DNA of 64,000 bases from a virus. Below are positions 1 to 7,686 of the stretch, in pieces. Below the pieces are notes generated by a model. It worked only from the letters and a program-made list of their open reading frames with translations. It did not search any database and was not told the DNA's origin. The DNA lies in the IMG/VR virus record IMGVR_UViG_3300046007_014223, positions 1 to 64,000 of that record. One strand, given 5' to 3'. How positions within the stretch are numbered: the stretch's first letter is position 1; every line of letters starts with the position of its first letter. The position numbers were made by a program, and so were the translations under genes.

Positions 1-133
1 GAATAACTGTAGGATGAGCACCTACAGTAGAGTATGGAAGTTTAATTTGAATTACAACTTCTGGATCTTCACGCATCATACGTTCTTCATTGTGATGAGC
101 ATTCACCAATCGATGCAGTTCACTTAGTTTCAT
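1..133 (-). CDS. hypothetical protein, runs off the left edge (MKLSELHRLVNAHHNEER...)
   Basis: ATG at 133 with GGAG upstream; open to window edge; not in ORF track. Confidence 0.5.
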   Translation of the reverse strand, partial: MKLSELHRLVNAHHNEERMMREDPEVVIQIKLPYSTVGAHPTVI

Positions 134-147
134 TATTTACTCCAATA

Positions 148-813
148 TTAAAGAGCACGACTATAAAAAATATGCCGACCCACTTGTGTTATATGAGCAC
201 TGTTATCGCGCCAGCGAGGACTAACATAATCAGCATGATAAAAAAGTCCGTGTTCGAGACCTTTCACGCGATAGCCATATATGATGACATCTTCTGCAAT
301 ACGCTTAGCCTCTTCCCATGCGCGACCTTTAGGATGAGTCCAGCGGATCTTCTTATCATTCGCCCAACTAAATTGGAAAGGATCCATGATAACATCACAA
401 ATCTTTTTTGGATAGCGAGGATTCATTTTACGATTTAATGTCACCTGTGCTACAGCATATCTACCAATCTCCGGTTCATGTGCAGCCTCGTGGTAGATAT
501 TTTTTGCCATACAAAACAAATCCAGTTTGTCATACTTTACGGTACTATTAGTCTGAACTATTCGTAATGTATTTTTAGGTGGACGTGGATTAACTTGATG
601 TTGTGGTTCGATTTTCAATTCGCGTATGATTTCTGTCTGAGTTGCAGCAAGTTCTCTTTGTTGCTCCACGATACTCAGTTGATTTTCGTATAGCACTTCC
701 ATTCCTGCAAATAGTTTCTGGACATCTTTATATTGCCAATAGAGAATTAGAGGTGCTAACAAGAAAAACATAATTTTAAACCAAATCACGACCGACTCCA
801 AAATGTCGTGCAA
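148..813 (-). CDS. SleB/Hydrolase_2 cell-wall hydrolase with N-terminal membrane anchor
   Basis: CMAKNIYHEA, AVAQVTLNR, QFSW, FYHADYVSPRW, GRHIFY motifs; hydrophobic N-terminus. Confidence 0.9.
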   Translation of the reverse strand: MHDILESVVIWFKIMFFLLAPLILYWQYKDVQKLFAGMEVLYENQLSIVEQQRELAATQTEIIRELKIEPQHQVNPRPPKNTLRIVQTNSTVKYDKLDLFCMAKNIYHEAAHEPEIGRYAVAQVTLNRKMNPRYPKKICDVIMDPFQFSWANDKKIRWTHPKGRAWEEAKRIAEDVIIYGYRVKGLEHGLFYHADYVSPRWRDNSAHITQVGRHIFYSRAL

Positions 814-1000
814 TTAAAACGGCAGAAATATCTGCGCCATATTTCATATCTTCAGTAATACCGCGCAGTTCAGATACCGCATGTGCTTGTGCAATGCATT
901 CTTGCACAATTAACATGGCGAACTTATCAGCATTCAAATGATTGGTTTGATAGTCCCAACATTGTTTTTCAAGTTTTCGAAATTGCTCGTTCATCATCAA
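776..1000 (-). CDS. short paralog, KFAELIVxEC/HFGV family
   Basis: ADKFAMLIVQEC...RHFGV. Confidence 0.75.
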   Translation of the reverse strand: MMMNEQFRKLEKQCWDYQTNHLNADKFAMLIVQECIAQAHAVSELRGITEDMKYGADISAVLIARHFGVGRDLV

Positions 1001-1203
1001 GTCTTCCGTTCAAGCCATTCTTCAGCATCTTCAATGTTATTAAAAATTTCACCATGTTGACGATATTGATCTTCACAAGGACCGCATACAGCCTGATATG
1101 CAATGGCTTTATTACCTTCGCGGTCTGTTGCTTTGGTCATAACATTATGCACATGATAAAAGTCATCAACTTCATGCCCACATGATAACACGATTTTACT
1201 CAT
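997..1203 (-). CDS. hypothetical protein, possible Zn-binding (CGH, CGPC)
   Basis: ORF coupled by ATGA overlaps on both sides. Confidence 0.65.
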   Translation of the reverse strand: MSKIVLSCGHEVDDFYHVHNVMTKATDREGNKAIAYQAVCGPCEDQYRQHGEIFNNIEDAEEWLERKT

Positions 1204-1454
1204 CTGTCAACCTCAAACCAATCACTAATATGTTGTTTAGCACCAACGGCTCCGTATGATTGTTCCTTAAGCCCGTGAGTAAGCAATCCAACTTCAGCCA
1301 CTTCACACATTCGCATACATTCCCGAACAATCAACTCGGCAAACTTTTCATCACGAATGTCGTGCCAATCAGGATGATATTCACCCTTCATTTGAAGTTT
1401 GGAATCAGCAAAGAGGTCTGCTTGTTCCGCAAATTTTTGAATCAGTTCGTTCAT
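1200..1454 (-). CDS. short paralog, KFAELIVxEC family
   Basis: MNELIQKFA...DEKFAELIVREC. Confidence 0.75.
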   Translation of the reverse strand: MNELIQKFAEQADLFADSKLQMKGEYHPDWHDIRDEKFAELIVRECMRMCEVAEVGLLTHGLKEQSYGAVGAKQHISDWFEVDR

Positions 1455-1558
1455 TTAAGGATCTTACTCTCTACAAAGCATTTGGCTATATCATATGCGA
1501 CTACAACTATGGCAATGGGCATGATGATCCATGATATAAGTGAGGTAATAAATTTCAT
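1451..1558 (-). CDS. small membrane peptide (MKFITSLISWIIMPIAIVVVAYDIAKCFVESKILK)
   Basis: read manually; fills the gap exactly with stop/start overlaps; GGAG upstream. Confidence 0.55.
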   Translation of the reverse strand: MKFITSLISWIIMPIAIVVVAYDIAKCFVESKILK

Positions 1559-1680
1559 CATTCTACTCCGAAATCTTTTTTAGCCTGTTCCCACACTTTA
1601 CGGGGATTCATAATACACCAAGCACCGATAATAAACGGTGCTATAAGAATATACAACAGCTTTTTATACCAAGGCATCAT
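1558..1680 (-). CDS. small membrane peptide ending FGVE (MMPWYKKLLYILIAPFIIGAWCIMNPRKVWEQAKKDFGVE)
   Basis: read manually; overlaps neighbours at both ends; shares the FGVE* junction. Confidence 0.6.
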   Translation of the reverse strand: MMPWYKKLLYILIAPFIIGAWCIMNPRKVWEQAKKDFGVE

Positions 1681-2063
1681 TCAATCCCAAACATTTTTTG
1701 TTCTAGAATCCTTAGATAATCTCGTGCTTTCTGAAAATCTCGATCATACATTGCACGTTCAACCATCATCAGGTCTTGTCGAAACTCACCATAGATGGCT
1801 TCAATCACTTGGCGCTTGGTACGGTGAATTGCTTCCTCTAGTGTGTCACCGCCTTCTTGGAGAAGATCAAGATCACTTACATGTACTTGGGAACCAATTG
1901 TGACACTGATTCGATATTGTTTAGCAATACCTTCAGTTCCTCTTAGGTCTTGTGTATGTGACTTGATATTGAATACATCTTGGAACAGAGTAGAGAAACT
2001 TTCTTTAATAAGTTTTCGTTCACCGGTATCATGTGCTTCAATTGCTCTTACTACTTGGCTCAT
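1677..2063 (-). CDS. hypothetical protein ending FGIE
   Basis: 128-aa ORF, coupled. Confidence 0.7.
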   Translation of the reverse strand: MSQVVRAIEAHDTGERKLIKESFSTLFQDVFNIKSHTQDLRGTEGIAKQYRISVTIGSQVHVSDLDLLQEGGDTLEEAIHRTKRQVIEAIYGEFRQDLMMVERAMYDRDFQKARDYLRILEQKMFGIE

Positions 2064-2344
2064 TCTTTAACTCCAAAATGTTCTTTAATCATCACTTCAT
2101 TATCCCAACATTTCTCAGCGCAGATTTCGAAATTACTGGCAAAGAGTTCGTCTTTTTCTTCTGCTGATAGTTTATAGAGTCTTTCGGATTCTTCTCTCAA
2201 TACATTAACACATTCCTGAACAATCAACTCAGCGAATTTTTCTGCATCAAATTTTTGCACAATTGGAAACCGTGTGCCATTTACTTCTTCATTGTAATAG
2301 GTATTCCAACTCTGCATCATAAGTTCTCGAATTCGTTCGTTCAT
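2060..2344 (-). CDS. short paralog, MNERIREL/KFAELIVxEC/HFGV family
   Basis: all three blocks present; start at the ATGA overlap at 2344. Confidence 0.8.
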   Translation of the reverse strand: MNERIRELMMQSWNTYYNEEVNGTRFPIVQKFDAEKFAELIVQECVNVLREESERLYKLSAEEKDELFASNFEICAEKCWDNEVMIKEHFGVKE

Positions 2345-2478
2345 CGCCGACCCCAAAGAAAACGTAGAGTTAGACCATCAACAAAATTCCGCTTAAAGGT
2401 CGTATCGGGTGCCCAGATAATGTAGCCGATGATAATACCTAGTGCATACCCAATAAGAAGGTAAATTGTTTCATCCAT
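2341..2478 (-). CDS. small membrane peptide (MDETIYLLIGYALGIIIGYIIWAP...)
   Basis: read manually; fills the gap with coupled start/stop. Confidence 0.55.
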   Translation of the reverse strand: MDETIYLLIGYALGIIIGYIIWAPDTTFKRNFVDGLTLRFLWGRR

Positions 2479-2699
2479 CATTCAACTCCGAAATGTTGTT
2501 TCAATTCTTCAGCAATCCGTGGTCTTGTGGTGTATTGTACACTACAATCCAATACTGTGTCAATACATTCTTGAATAGCCAACTTTACAAGATTTTCATT
2601 GAAAATAGAAGTATAGTCAGCATCATCTAGGGGACATGGCAAATCTAATGTTTGCTTTTCTGCTCCTTTTTCAAGTGAACGTAGAATTTCTTGGTTCAT
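2478..2699 (-). CDS. short paralog ending HFGVE
   Basis: LAIQEC...KQHFGVE. Confidence 0.75.
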   Translation of the reverse strand: MNQEILRSLEKGAEKQTLDLPCPLDDADYTSIFNENLVKLAIQECIDTVLDCSVQYTTRPRIAEELKQHFGVE

Positions 2700-2932
2700 T
2701 ATTCAACTCCGAAATGTTCGAGTACCGAACGGGCACAGTCATTGATAACTGCCCCTTCAATTTGACTACGGTAATCTTTGTAGTAACAAGGCACTTCAAG
2801 CACAGCACGATTACATTCCCGAACAATCAACTCGGCAAATTCTTCAATGGCAGCACGTTGAACGGGACCTGTTTGAAAGAAATTTAGAATGCGTTCATTG
2901 CATTGTGCTAGTTCTTCAATTCGTTTATTCAT
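2699..2932 (-). CDS. short paralog, MNKRIEEL/EFAELIVREC/HFGVE
   Basis: all three blocks present. Confidence 0.8.
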   Translation of the reverse strand: MNKRIEELAQCNERILNFFQTGPVQRAAIEEFAELIVRECNRAVLEVPCYYKDYRSQIEGAVINDCARSVLEHFGVE

Positions 2933-3209
2933 TTGTATCTCTCAGTTGAATTAGCCCATCAATCAACATAGGAATTGTTCTAACATCGAAATTAAATTCT
3001 ACAGGATCACCGAAGTAATCGTAATCATGAATTTGAATATAGGCAAGCCGACTATCTTTTCTAAGTGTTAGATAAGGTGTTCCGTCGGGCCTTGTTAGTT
3101 CAATTCGTTTGTTAGGTTGTCTTATCTCTACCGGACCACAGATATGTGCATAGTCAAACGCAGGTTCTTCACGCCCACATTTATGACACTTGATGAAGTT
3201 CATAGCCAA
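2925..3209 (-). CDS. hypothetical protein (CxxC)
   Basis: ORF in the coupled array. Confidence 0.6.
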   Translation of the reverse strand: MAMNFIKCHKCGREEPAFDYAHICGPVEIRQPNKRIELTRPDGTPYLTLRKDSRLAYIQIHDYDYFGDPVEFNFDVRTIPMLIDGLIQLRDTNE

Positions 3210-3409
3210 CTTCCTTTTAGAACATACGCTTTACGCTTACCACGAACCCGTACATCAATTTGACGGTGTGGTCGTTTTAGTTTCTTAGCATAATATCGTG
3301 CTTTACCAAGATATGGTGTAGCAATAAAGTTAGTCCAACCACCATCGGGAAAAGTTCTCGGTTTGTACAATAAGACATAGTATAGTATTTTTGGTCTAAC
3401 AAAAAGCAT
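3200..3409 (-). CDS. hypothetical basic protein
   Basis: ORF in the coupled array (TAATG junction). Confidence 0.55.
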   Translation of the reverse strand: MLFVRPKILYYVLLYKPRTFPDGGWTNFIATPYLGKARYYAKKLKRPHRQIDVRVRGKRKAYVLKGSWL

Positions 3410-3609
3410 TACTTGACTCCAAAGTGTTTCTTTAGGTCAGCGACGCACCGACGGACTTCCATGTCCTCGCGGTTTAGGTCGCCCATGTACCTCTTCTGAA
3501 CTACGCCGATAGCCTCACTTACGATGAGGTCGGCGAATTTTTCGGCATCGAACACCGTAGGAAAATTCTTCCAACTCTCCATCATCAATTCTCGAATTCG
3601 TTCGTTCAC
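3409..3609 (-). CDS. short paralog, NERIREL/EKFADLIV/HFGVK
   Basis: GTG start at the GTGA overlap at 3609; all three blocks present. Confidence 0.8.
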   Translation of the reverse strand: MNERIRELMMESWKNFPTVFDAEKFADLIVSEAIGVVQKRYMGDLNREDMEVRRCVADLKKHFGVK

Positions 3610-3806
3610 TTCACAATCTCTTTGCAATGTTTAACAGCATCAGTATACAGCATAGAGCCGTTCTTGTCAAGACAGTTGTTGTAAATACGCGACGTTTCCA
3701 ACTTGCCACCAACAACAATTAGTAAAATAATAGCCGCAAGTGTTAAACCTGCTACGGGAAAGACCCACCAATTATCATTCATCTTCACACCTCGGTCCAT
3801 GTTCAA
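3606..3806 (-). CDS. small membrane protein
   Basis: hydrophobic stretch WWVFPVAGLTLAAIILLIVV; start uncertain. Confidence 0.6.
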   Translation of the reverse strand: MNMDRGVKMNDNWWVFPVAGLTLAAIILLIVVGGKLETSRIYNNCLDKNGSMLYTDAVKHCKEIVK

Positions 3807-4104
3807 GGTAATCTTTCATAAAAACATCACCATGTTCTAGGTAGAACCTATGATATTCCCAGCCTTTGCGAAAAGTCTCGAATCTGATTCCCGCAAGTCT
3901 CATACCTTCTTCTGTCATAGGTACTTGATATGCTTCTGAATCACGCCATGCATTATAGATTAGTTGATCTTCATCACCAAGTTTATTCTCAGCCTGCTCG
4001 ATGGCAGCGCGGAGGTTGTCCATCACCGCTCTGCGGTTACCCCAATGGTTGCGACCAAGTCCAGCAATAAACTCCAGTGCCTGCTTCATGGCCTCGATGC
4101 TCAT
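3775..4104 (-). CDS. hypothetical protein (MSIEAMKQALE...)
   Basis: coupled ORF with GGGAG upstream. Confidence 0.65.
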   Translation of the reverse strand: MSIEAMKQALEFIAGLGRNHWGNRRAVMDNLRAAIEQAENKLGDEDQLIYNAWRDSEAYQVPMTEEGMRLAGIRFETFRKGWEYHRFYLEHGDVFMKDYLEHGPRCEDE

Positions 4105-4490
4105 GAAAACTCCCTGCTACAGAAAGCATACCCATCAGGATCATCCCAATCGTATTCAGGATTGAACCATGTATAACCAAACTTGTCAGGTTTTCGCCCT
4201 TCATCATTATGTTGTAGATTCCTTCGCCCATCATTACGAATAAATCCTGGAGATTTCTCGCTTTCGATATACTGAACGAACCAATCGTAATCGATACGTT
4301 CTCCGTATTCGTCCATGATAACTTTATCTTTGAGAAATTCTTTCCACGCCTGCCAGCTTACAAGCCGTTCAGGTCGATAACCATGAAAAGAAAATGCCCA
4401 ACCGCCAGAAGATTTACCGATATGGTATTCTTCATCATATCGGTTGCAGCATTCACAGAGATTTTTAGCAACGTAATAATTAGTTCCCAT
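4101..4490 (-). CDS. hypothetical phage protein (MGTNYY...HIGKSSGGWAF)
   Basis: 129-aa ORF, AGGA RBS. Confidence 0.7.
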   Translation of the reverse strand: MGTNYYVAKNLCECCNRYDEEYHIGKSSGGWAFSFHGYRPERLVSWQAWKEFLKDKVIMDEYGERIDYDWFVQYIESEKSPGFIRNDGRRNLQHNDEGRKPDKFGYTWFNPEYDWDDPDGYAFCSREFS

Positions 4491-4560
4491 GATGTAGTTT
4501 CCTGAATTTCAGTATGGTCTATTGTAATAGATGCCAGAAGCTTTGTCAAGATACGTGTTG

Positions 4561-4800
4561 TTATGACACGACATCAGTTTTTGTTTGCCATGGATCTTTG
4601 CCAAAGACCGGCTCATGATTTTCATTGATGGGTTCGCAAGCGCGGCCCATATCATATTCATTTGGAAAATGCCTGAGTAGACTCGCGGCTTGCTGCCGAA
4701 TTTGTTTTGGAATTCTTGGTGTTTCTTTTGGGTCTAATAAACTTCGTAAAAATTGACGAGTTCTATTGACCGAATTAACTCTTTCGTAAGGTAGCGTCAT
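4561..4800 (-). CDS. hypothetical phage protein (MTLPYER...LLRHFP)
   Basis: ORF typical of small T4-like phage genes. Confidence 0.65.
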   Translation of the reverse strand: MTLPYERVNSVNRTRQFLRSLLDPKETPRIPKQIRQQAASLLRHFPNEYDMGRACEPINENHEPVFGKDPWQTKTDVVS

Positions 4801-4803
4801 GAT

Positions 4804-5043
4804 TTATTTTGATACGAAAAAATGATTGTGAATTTTTTCTAGGCACTCTAATTTATTGTCAGACTCTTTGACTAGATTCACACACTCTTGAATCAGAAGA
4901 TAAGAATACTTTTCAAAGTCTTCATCATATTCATTCGCCCAATCGATGTGATTTTTTCCTGGACCCCAAGACTCATCCGACCAAAAAACAAATCCTGCTT
5001 TCTTCGCAAGTTTCTGTAAGTTTTTATTCACGATTATCTCCAT
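4804..5043 (-). CDS. divergent member of the LIxEC...HF family
   Basis: FEKYSYLLIQECV...HNHFF. Confidence 0.6.
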   Translation of the reverse strand: MEIIVNKNLQKLAKKAGFVFWSDESWGPGKNHIDWANEYDEDFEKYSYLLIQECVNLVKESDNKLECLEKIHNHFFVSK

Positions 5044-5342
5044 GTCCTATGATTTTCAGCTACCCATTCATTGCCATCGTATTCTTGAATGTGCCATTCG
5101 ATGCCGTCAGGAATTTCGATAATCTTAAGACTTGAGAATTTTGTGTCGGCACGTTCACCTAACGTTTCTACAACTTTCACTAGATTAGGATCAGATCGAA
5201 ACACCGTCAATTCGCGCGAGCCTTGAAGCCTCCACAAGTCTGCGATAAATTGCATTGATTTACCTGACAATTCTGCATACAACTGTTTTGCTTCATCTGA
5301 GAGATCAAAACCACCGAAACACTTATTCAAAACAACTTTCAT
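5034..5342 (-). CDS. hypothetical phage protein (MKVVLNKCFGGF...EYDGNEWVAE)
   Basis: GGAG RBS before ATG at 5342; the longer upstream start overlaps a tRNA. Confidence 0.75.
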   Translation of the reverse strand: MKVVLNKCFGGFDLSDEAKQLYAELSGKSMQFIADLWRLQGSRELTVFRSDPNLVKVVETLGERADTKFSSLKIIEIPDGIEWHIQEYDGNEWVAENHRTWR

Positions 5343-5359
5343 AATTAACTCCAAATATT

Positions 5360-5436
<77 letters not shown>

Positions 5437-5437
5437 G

Positions 5438-5528
5438 TGGCGGAGGAAGGGAGAGTCGAACTCCCAAGGCGCTATTAACACTCAACTGTTTTCAAGACAG
5501 GTACCGTCGCCAATCGGTTTGTTCCTCC
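5438..5528 (-). tRNA. tRNA-Ser(TGA)
   Basis: CTTGAAA loop, long variable arm, GCCA end. Confidence 0.9.
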
Positions 5529-5529
5529 G

Positions 5530-6003
5530 TTATGCTGCTTTTGTGTGACATAAAATATGCTTGAACCTATCTGCTGCACCTGACGCCGCGAAAGCATTAG
5601 GCTTAACCATCGGAATAACATTACACATACCTTTGATGTATCCAACTGCTTCATTTATAACACATGAACTTCCATGATCTTCATTTGGATTGATGTCCAG
5701 ATGAACTTCGACCTCTCGATCATCTAGGACCTCAGCCAACTTAAGATATAATTCGGCAATCTTATAAACTTCATTCATTAGTCGCATTCTAGGTTTGTCT
5801 TTGCGTTGATCATAGTCCTTCTCACGAATGGTTTCTCCAAAGATTTTACATCCGTGCTTTCCTTCGATATGAATCACGACCACTAAAGTATAGTCGGCAT
5901 ACCAAACGCCTTTGATTTTAAATCTTTCTGAATCGCCACCGATATAGATTTTACTTGTGATCGGCTGTCCCTCGATGAAAGTTTTTACTTGATCAATGTT
6001 CAT
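5530..6003 (-). CDS. RNase H-like YkuK/DUF458 family protein
   Basis: IYIGGDSE, EVHLDIN and AAD acidic motifs; start after AGGTGAG. Confidence 0.75.
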   Translation of the reverse strand: MNIDQVKTFIEGQPITSKIYIGGDSERFKIKGVWYADYTLVVVIHIEGKHGCKIFGETIREKDYDQRKDKPRMRLMNEVYKIAELYLKLAEVLDDREVEVHLDINPNEDHGSSCVINEAVGYIKGMCNVIPMVKPNAFAASGAADRFKHILCHTKAA

Positions 6004-6022
6004 CATCTCACCTATGTTAAAC

Positions 6023-6098
6023 TGGTCTCGGACACAGGACTCGAACCTGCACCTTCTACGCCCCAAACGTAGTGGACTACCTATTATCCCAATCCGAG
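6023..6098 (-). tRNA. tRNA-Pro(TGG)
   Basis: CTACG-TTTGGGG-CGTAG, CCA. Confidence 0.9.
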
Positions 6099-6102
6099 AA
6101 AT

Positions 6103-6177
6103 TGGTGCTGGATGAAGGATTCGAACCATCGACCTATCGCTTACAAGGCGATTGCACTACCACTGTGCTAATCCAGC
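6103..6177 (-). tRNA. tRNA-Thr(TGT)
   Basis: ATCGC-CTTGTAA-GCGAT, CCA. Confidence 0.92.
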
Positions 6178-6185
6178 ATTTAAAA

Positions 6186-6214
6186 ATTATACTAAATTTT
6201 ATTTAGCCTGTCAA
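6186..6214 (-). promoter_or_regulatory. consensus sigma70 promoter
   Basis: TTGACA-17nt-TATAAT, perfect consensus. Confidence 0.85.
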
Positions 6215-6218
6215 CTGA

Positions 6219-6293
6219 TGGCCTCGGTGTACGGACTCGAACCGCAACTTTAGATTTTGGAGATCCACGTGCTGCCATTAACACTACACCGAG
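6219..6293 (-). tRNA. tRNA-Trp(CCA)
   Basis: TGGAT-CTCCAAA-ATCTA, GCCA. Confidence 0.9.
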
Positions 6294-6297
6294 ATTT

Positions 6298-6391
6298 TGG
6301 TGGTGAGAGTGGGATTCGAACCCACGGACCGCAAGTTAACACGATCTACGGTTTAGCAAACCGTTGATTTAAGCCTCTCATCCATCTCACC
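6298..6391 (-). tRNA. tRNA-Ser(GCT), copy 1
   Basis: ACGGT-TTGCTAA-ACCGT, long variable arm. Confidence 0.9.
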
Positions 6392-6394
6392 AAT

Positions 6395-6469
6395 TGGTGG
6401 ACCGCTGGAGGATCGAACTCCAACCTCCGCCGTGCAAAGGCGGCGTGCTCCCATTATCACTAGCAGCCC
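6395..6469 (-). tRNA. tRNA-Ala(TGC)
   Basis: CCGCC-TTTGCAC-GGCGG; G3:U70 pair. Confidence 0.92.
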
Positions 6470-6479
6470 AAATTCATTT

Positions 6480-6553
6480 TGGAGCAGGATATCGGAATCG
6501 AACCGATAACATCAGCTTGGAAGGCTGTAGTTTTACCATTAAACTAATCCTGC
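6480..6553 (-). tRNA. tRNA-Gly(TCC)
   Basis: CTTCCAA loop, TCCA end. Confidence 0.92.
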
Positions 6554-6663
6554 AAATCTTTCATAAGGGGCACAATAGGACTGTCATCTCGACGTTCATT
6601 GCTGTCATTTAAAAATAGGCGTGTTGTCTATATAATGCGCCACTTCCCCACTAACTATATATT

Positions 6664-6738
6664 TGGCTCCAGTGGCTGGGATCGAACCAACGACCAATTG
6701 ATTAACAGTCAACTGCTCTACCTCTGAGCTACACTGGA
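6664..6738 (-). tRNA. tRNA-Asn(GTT)
   Basis: CTGTTAA loop, GCCA. Confidence 0.92.
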
Positions 6739-6745
6739 ATAAAAC

Positions 6746-6820
6746 TGGTACCGGATACTGGGATTGAACCAGTGACCAATGCGTTATCAACACACTGCTC
6801 TACCACTGAGCTAATCCGGT
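6746..6820 (-). tRNA. tRNA-Ile(GAT)
   Basis: TTGATAA loop, ACCA. Confidence 0.9.
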
Positions 6821-6821
6821 A

Positions 6822-6897
6822 TGGTACCGCCTCTTGGAATCGAACCAAGTTCCACGGCTCTTCAGACCGTTGCTATGACCACATCAGCTAAAGCGGC
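6822..6897 (-). tRNA. tRNA-Phe(GAA)
   Basis: ACGGT-CTGAAGA-GCCGT (G37). Confidence 0.88.
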
Positions 6898-6901
6898 AAA
6901 C

Positions 6902-6975
6902 TGGTGCTTCGTGACAGAATCGAACTGCCGTGACCGTCTTGTAAGGGCGGTGTTCTACCATTAAACTAACGAAGC
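6902..6975 (-). tRNA. tRNA-Val(TAC)
   Basis: CTTACAA loop. Confidence 0.9.
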
Positions 6976-6976
6976 C

Positions 6977-7051
6977 TGGGGTGTCTAATGAGTTTCGATC
7001 TCATCCTCACTCTTTCACAGAGAGTGGTGCTCCCATTACACTATAGACACC
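6977..7051 (-). tRNA. tRNA-His(GTG)
   Basis: ACTCT-CTGTGAA-AGAGT; G-1:C73. Confidence 0.9.
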
Positions 7052-7056
7052 GTTGT

Positions 7057-7132
7057 TGGTACACCGTAGGGGAATCGAACCCCTCTTCCTACCGTGAAAG
7101 GGTAGTGTCCTAAACCGATAGACGAACGGTGC
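7057..7132 (-). tRNA. tRNA-Glu(TTC)
   Basis: CTACC-CTTTCAC-GGTAG. Confidence 0.92.
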
Positions 7133-7137
7133 GTATT

Positions 7138-7211
7138 TGGCAGGCCTACTAGGATTCGAACCTAGAATGACGGAATCAAAATCCGTAGTGTTACCATTAC
7201 ACCATAGACCA
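7138..7211 (-). tRNA. tRNA-Gln(TTG)
   Basis: ACGGA-TTTTGAT-TCCGT. Confidence 0.92.
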
Positions 7212-7218
7212 ACAAATT

Positions 7219-7293
7219 TGGTAGGGGCAAAAGGACTCGAACCTTCAACCTCGACGTTAAAAGCATCTTGCTCTACCATTGAGCTATACCCCC
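7219..7293 (-). tRNA. tRNA-Lys(TTT)
   Basis: CTTTTAA loop. Confidence 0.9.
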
Positions 7294-7297
7294 AAAC

Positions 7298-7372
7298 TGG
7301 CGGTCCCATCGGGATTCGAACCCGATCCTGCGCCGTGACAGGGCGCTATACTCGCCGATATACTATGGAACC
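7298..7372 (-). tRNA. tRNA-Asp(GTC)
   Basis: GCGCC-CTGTCAC-GGCGC. Confidence 0.92.
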
Positions 7373-7378
7373 ATTTAT

Positions 7379-7452
7379 TGGTTGCGGATGATGGAATCGA
7401 ACCATCAACTTCAGCTTATGAGACTGATGAGATACCTTTTCTCTAATCCGCA
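7379..7452 (-). tRNA. tRNA-Met(CAT)
   Basis: TCAGT-CTCATAA-GCTGA; TGCGGAT/ATCCGCA acceptor stem. Confidence 0.85.
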
Positions 7453-7458
7453 GAATCT

Positions 7459-7548
7459 TGGTGAGTAGAGAGGGATTCGAACCCCCAACGGTTCCTAAGT
7501 AACGGATTTACAGTCCGCCGCGACACTCACCACCTTCGCCGTCTACTC
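7459..7548 (-). tRNA. tRNA-Tyr(GTA)
   Basis: GCGGA-CTGTAAA-TCCGT, long variable arm. Confidence 0.92.
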
Positions 7549-7552
7549 ATTT

Positions 7553-7686
7553 CCATATTGAAACACACTCGACCATCTCTTTTTTAGGCATCAGACCGGA
7601 GCGACCGGGGCTTGAAATGCTTGGCGATATCCTGTTTCGAAGCAGGGATGGACAGAACGCCGCAGTGTAAATGTGTTTCAATATGG
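7553..7686 (-). ncRNA. candidate ncRNA A closed by a 15-bp perfect stem
   Basis: CCATATTGAAACACA (7553-7567) / TGTGTTTCAATATGG (7672-7686); GC-rich interior; inside the tRNA operon. Confidence 0.6.

Noticed and set aside
4358-4549. 63-aa - strand ORF
   Set aside because: Mostly overlaps the better-supported 4101-4490 gene in another frame; no motif.
776-5043. Diversity-generating retroelement as the source of the paralog variation
   Set aside because: No reverse transcriptase in the window and differences are not adenine-specific.
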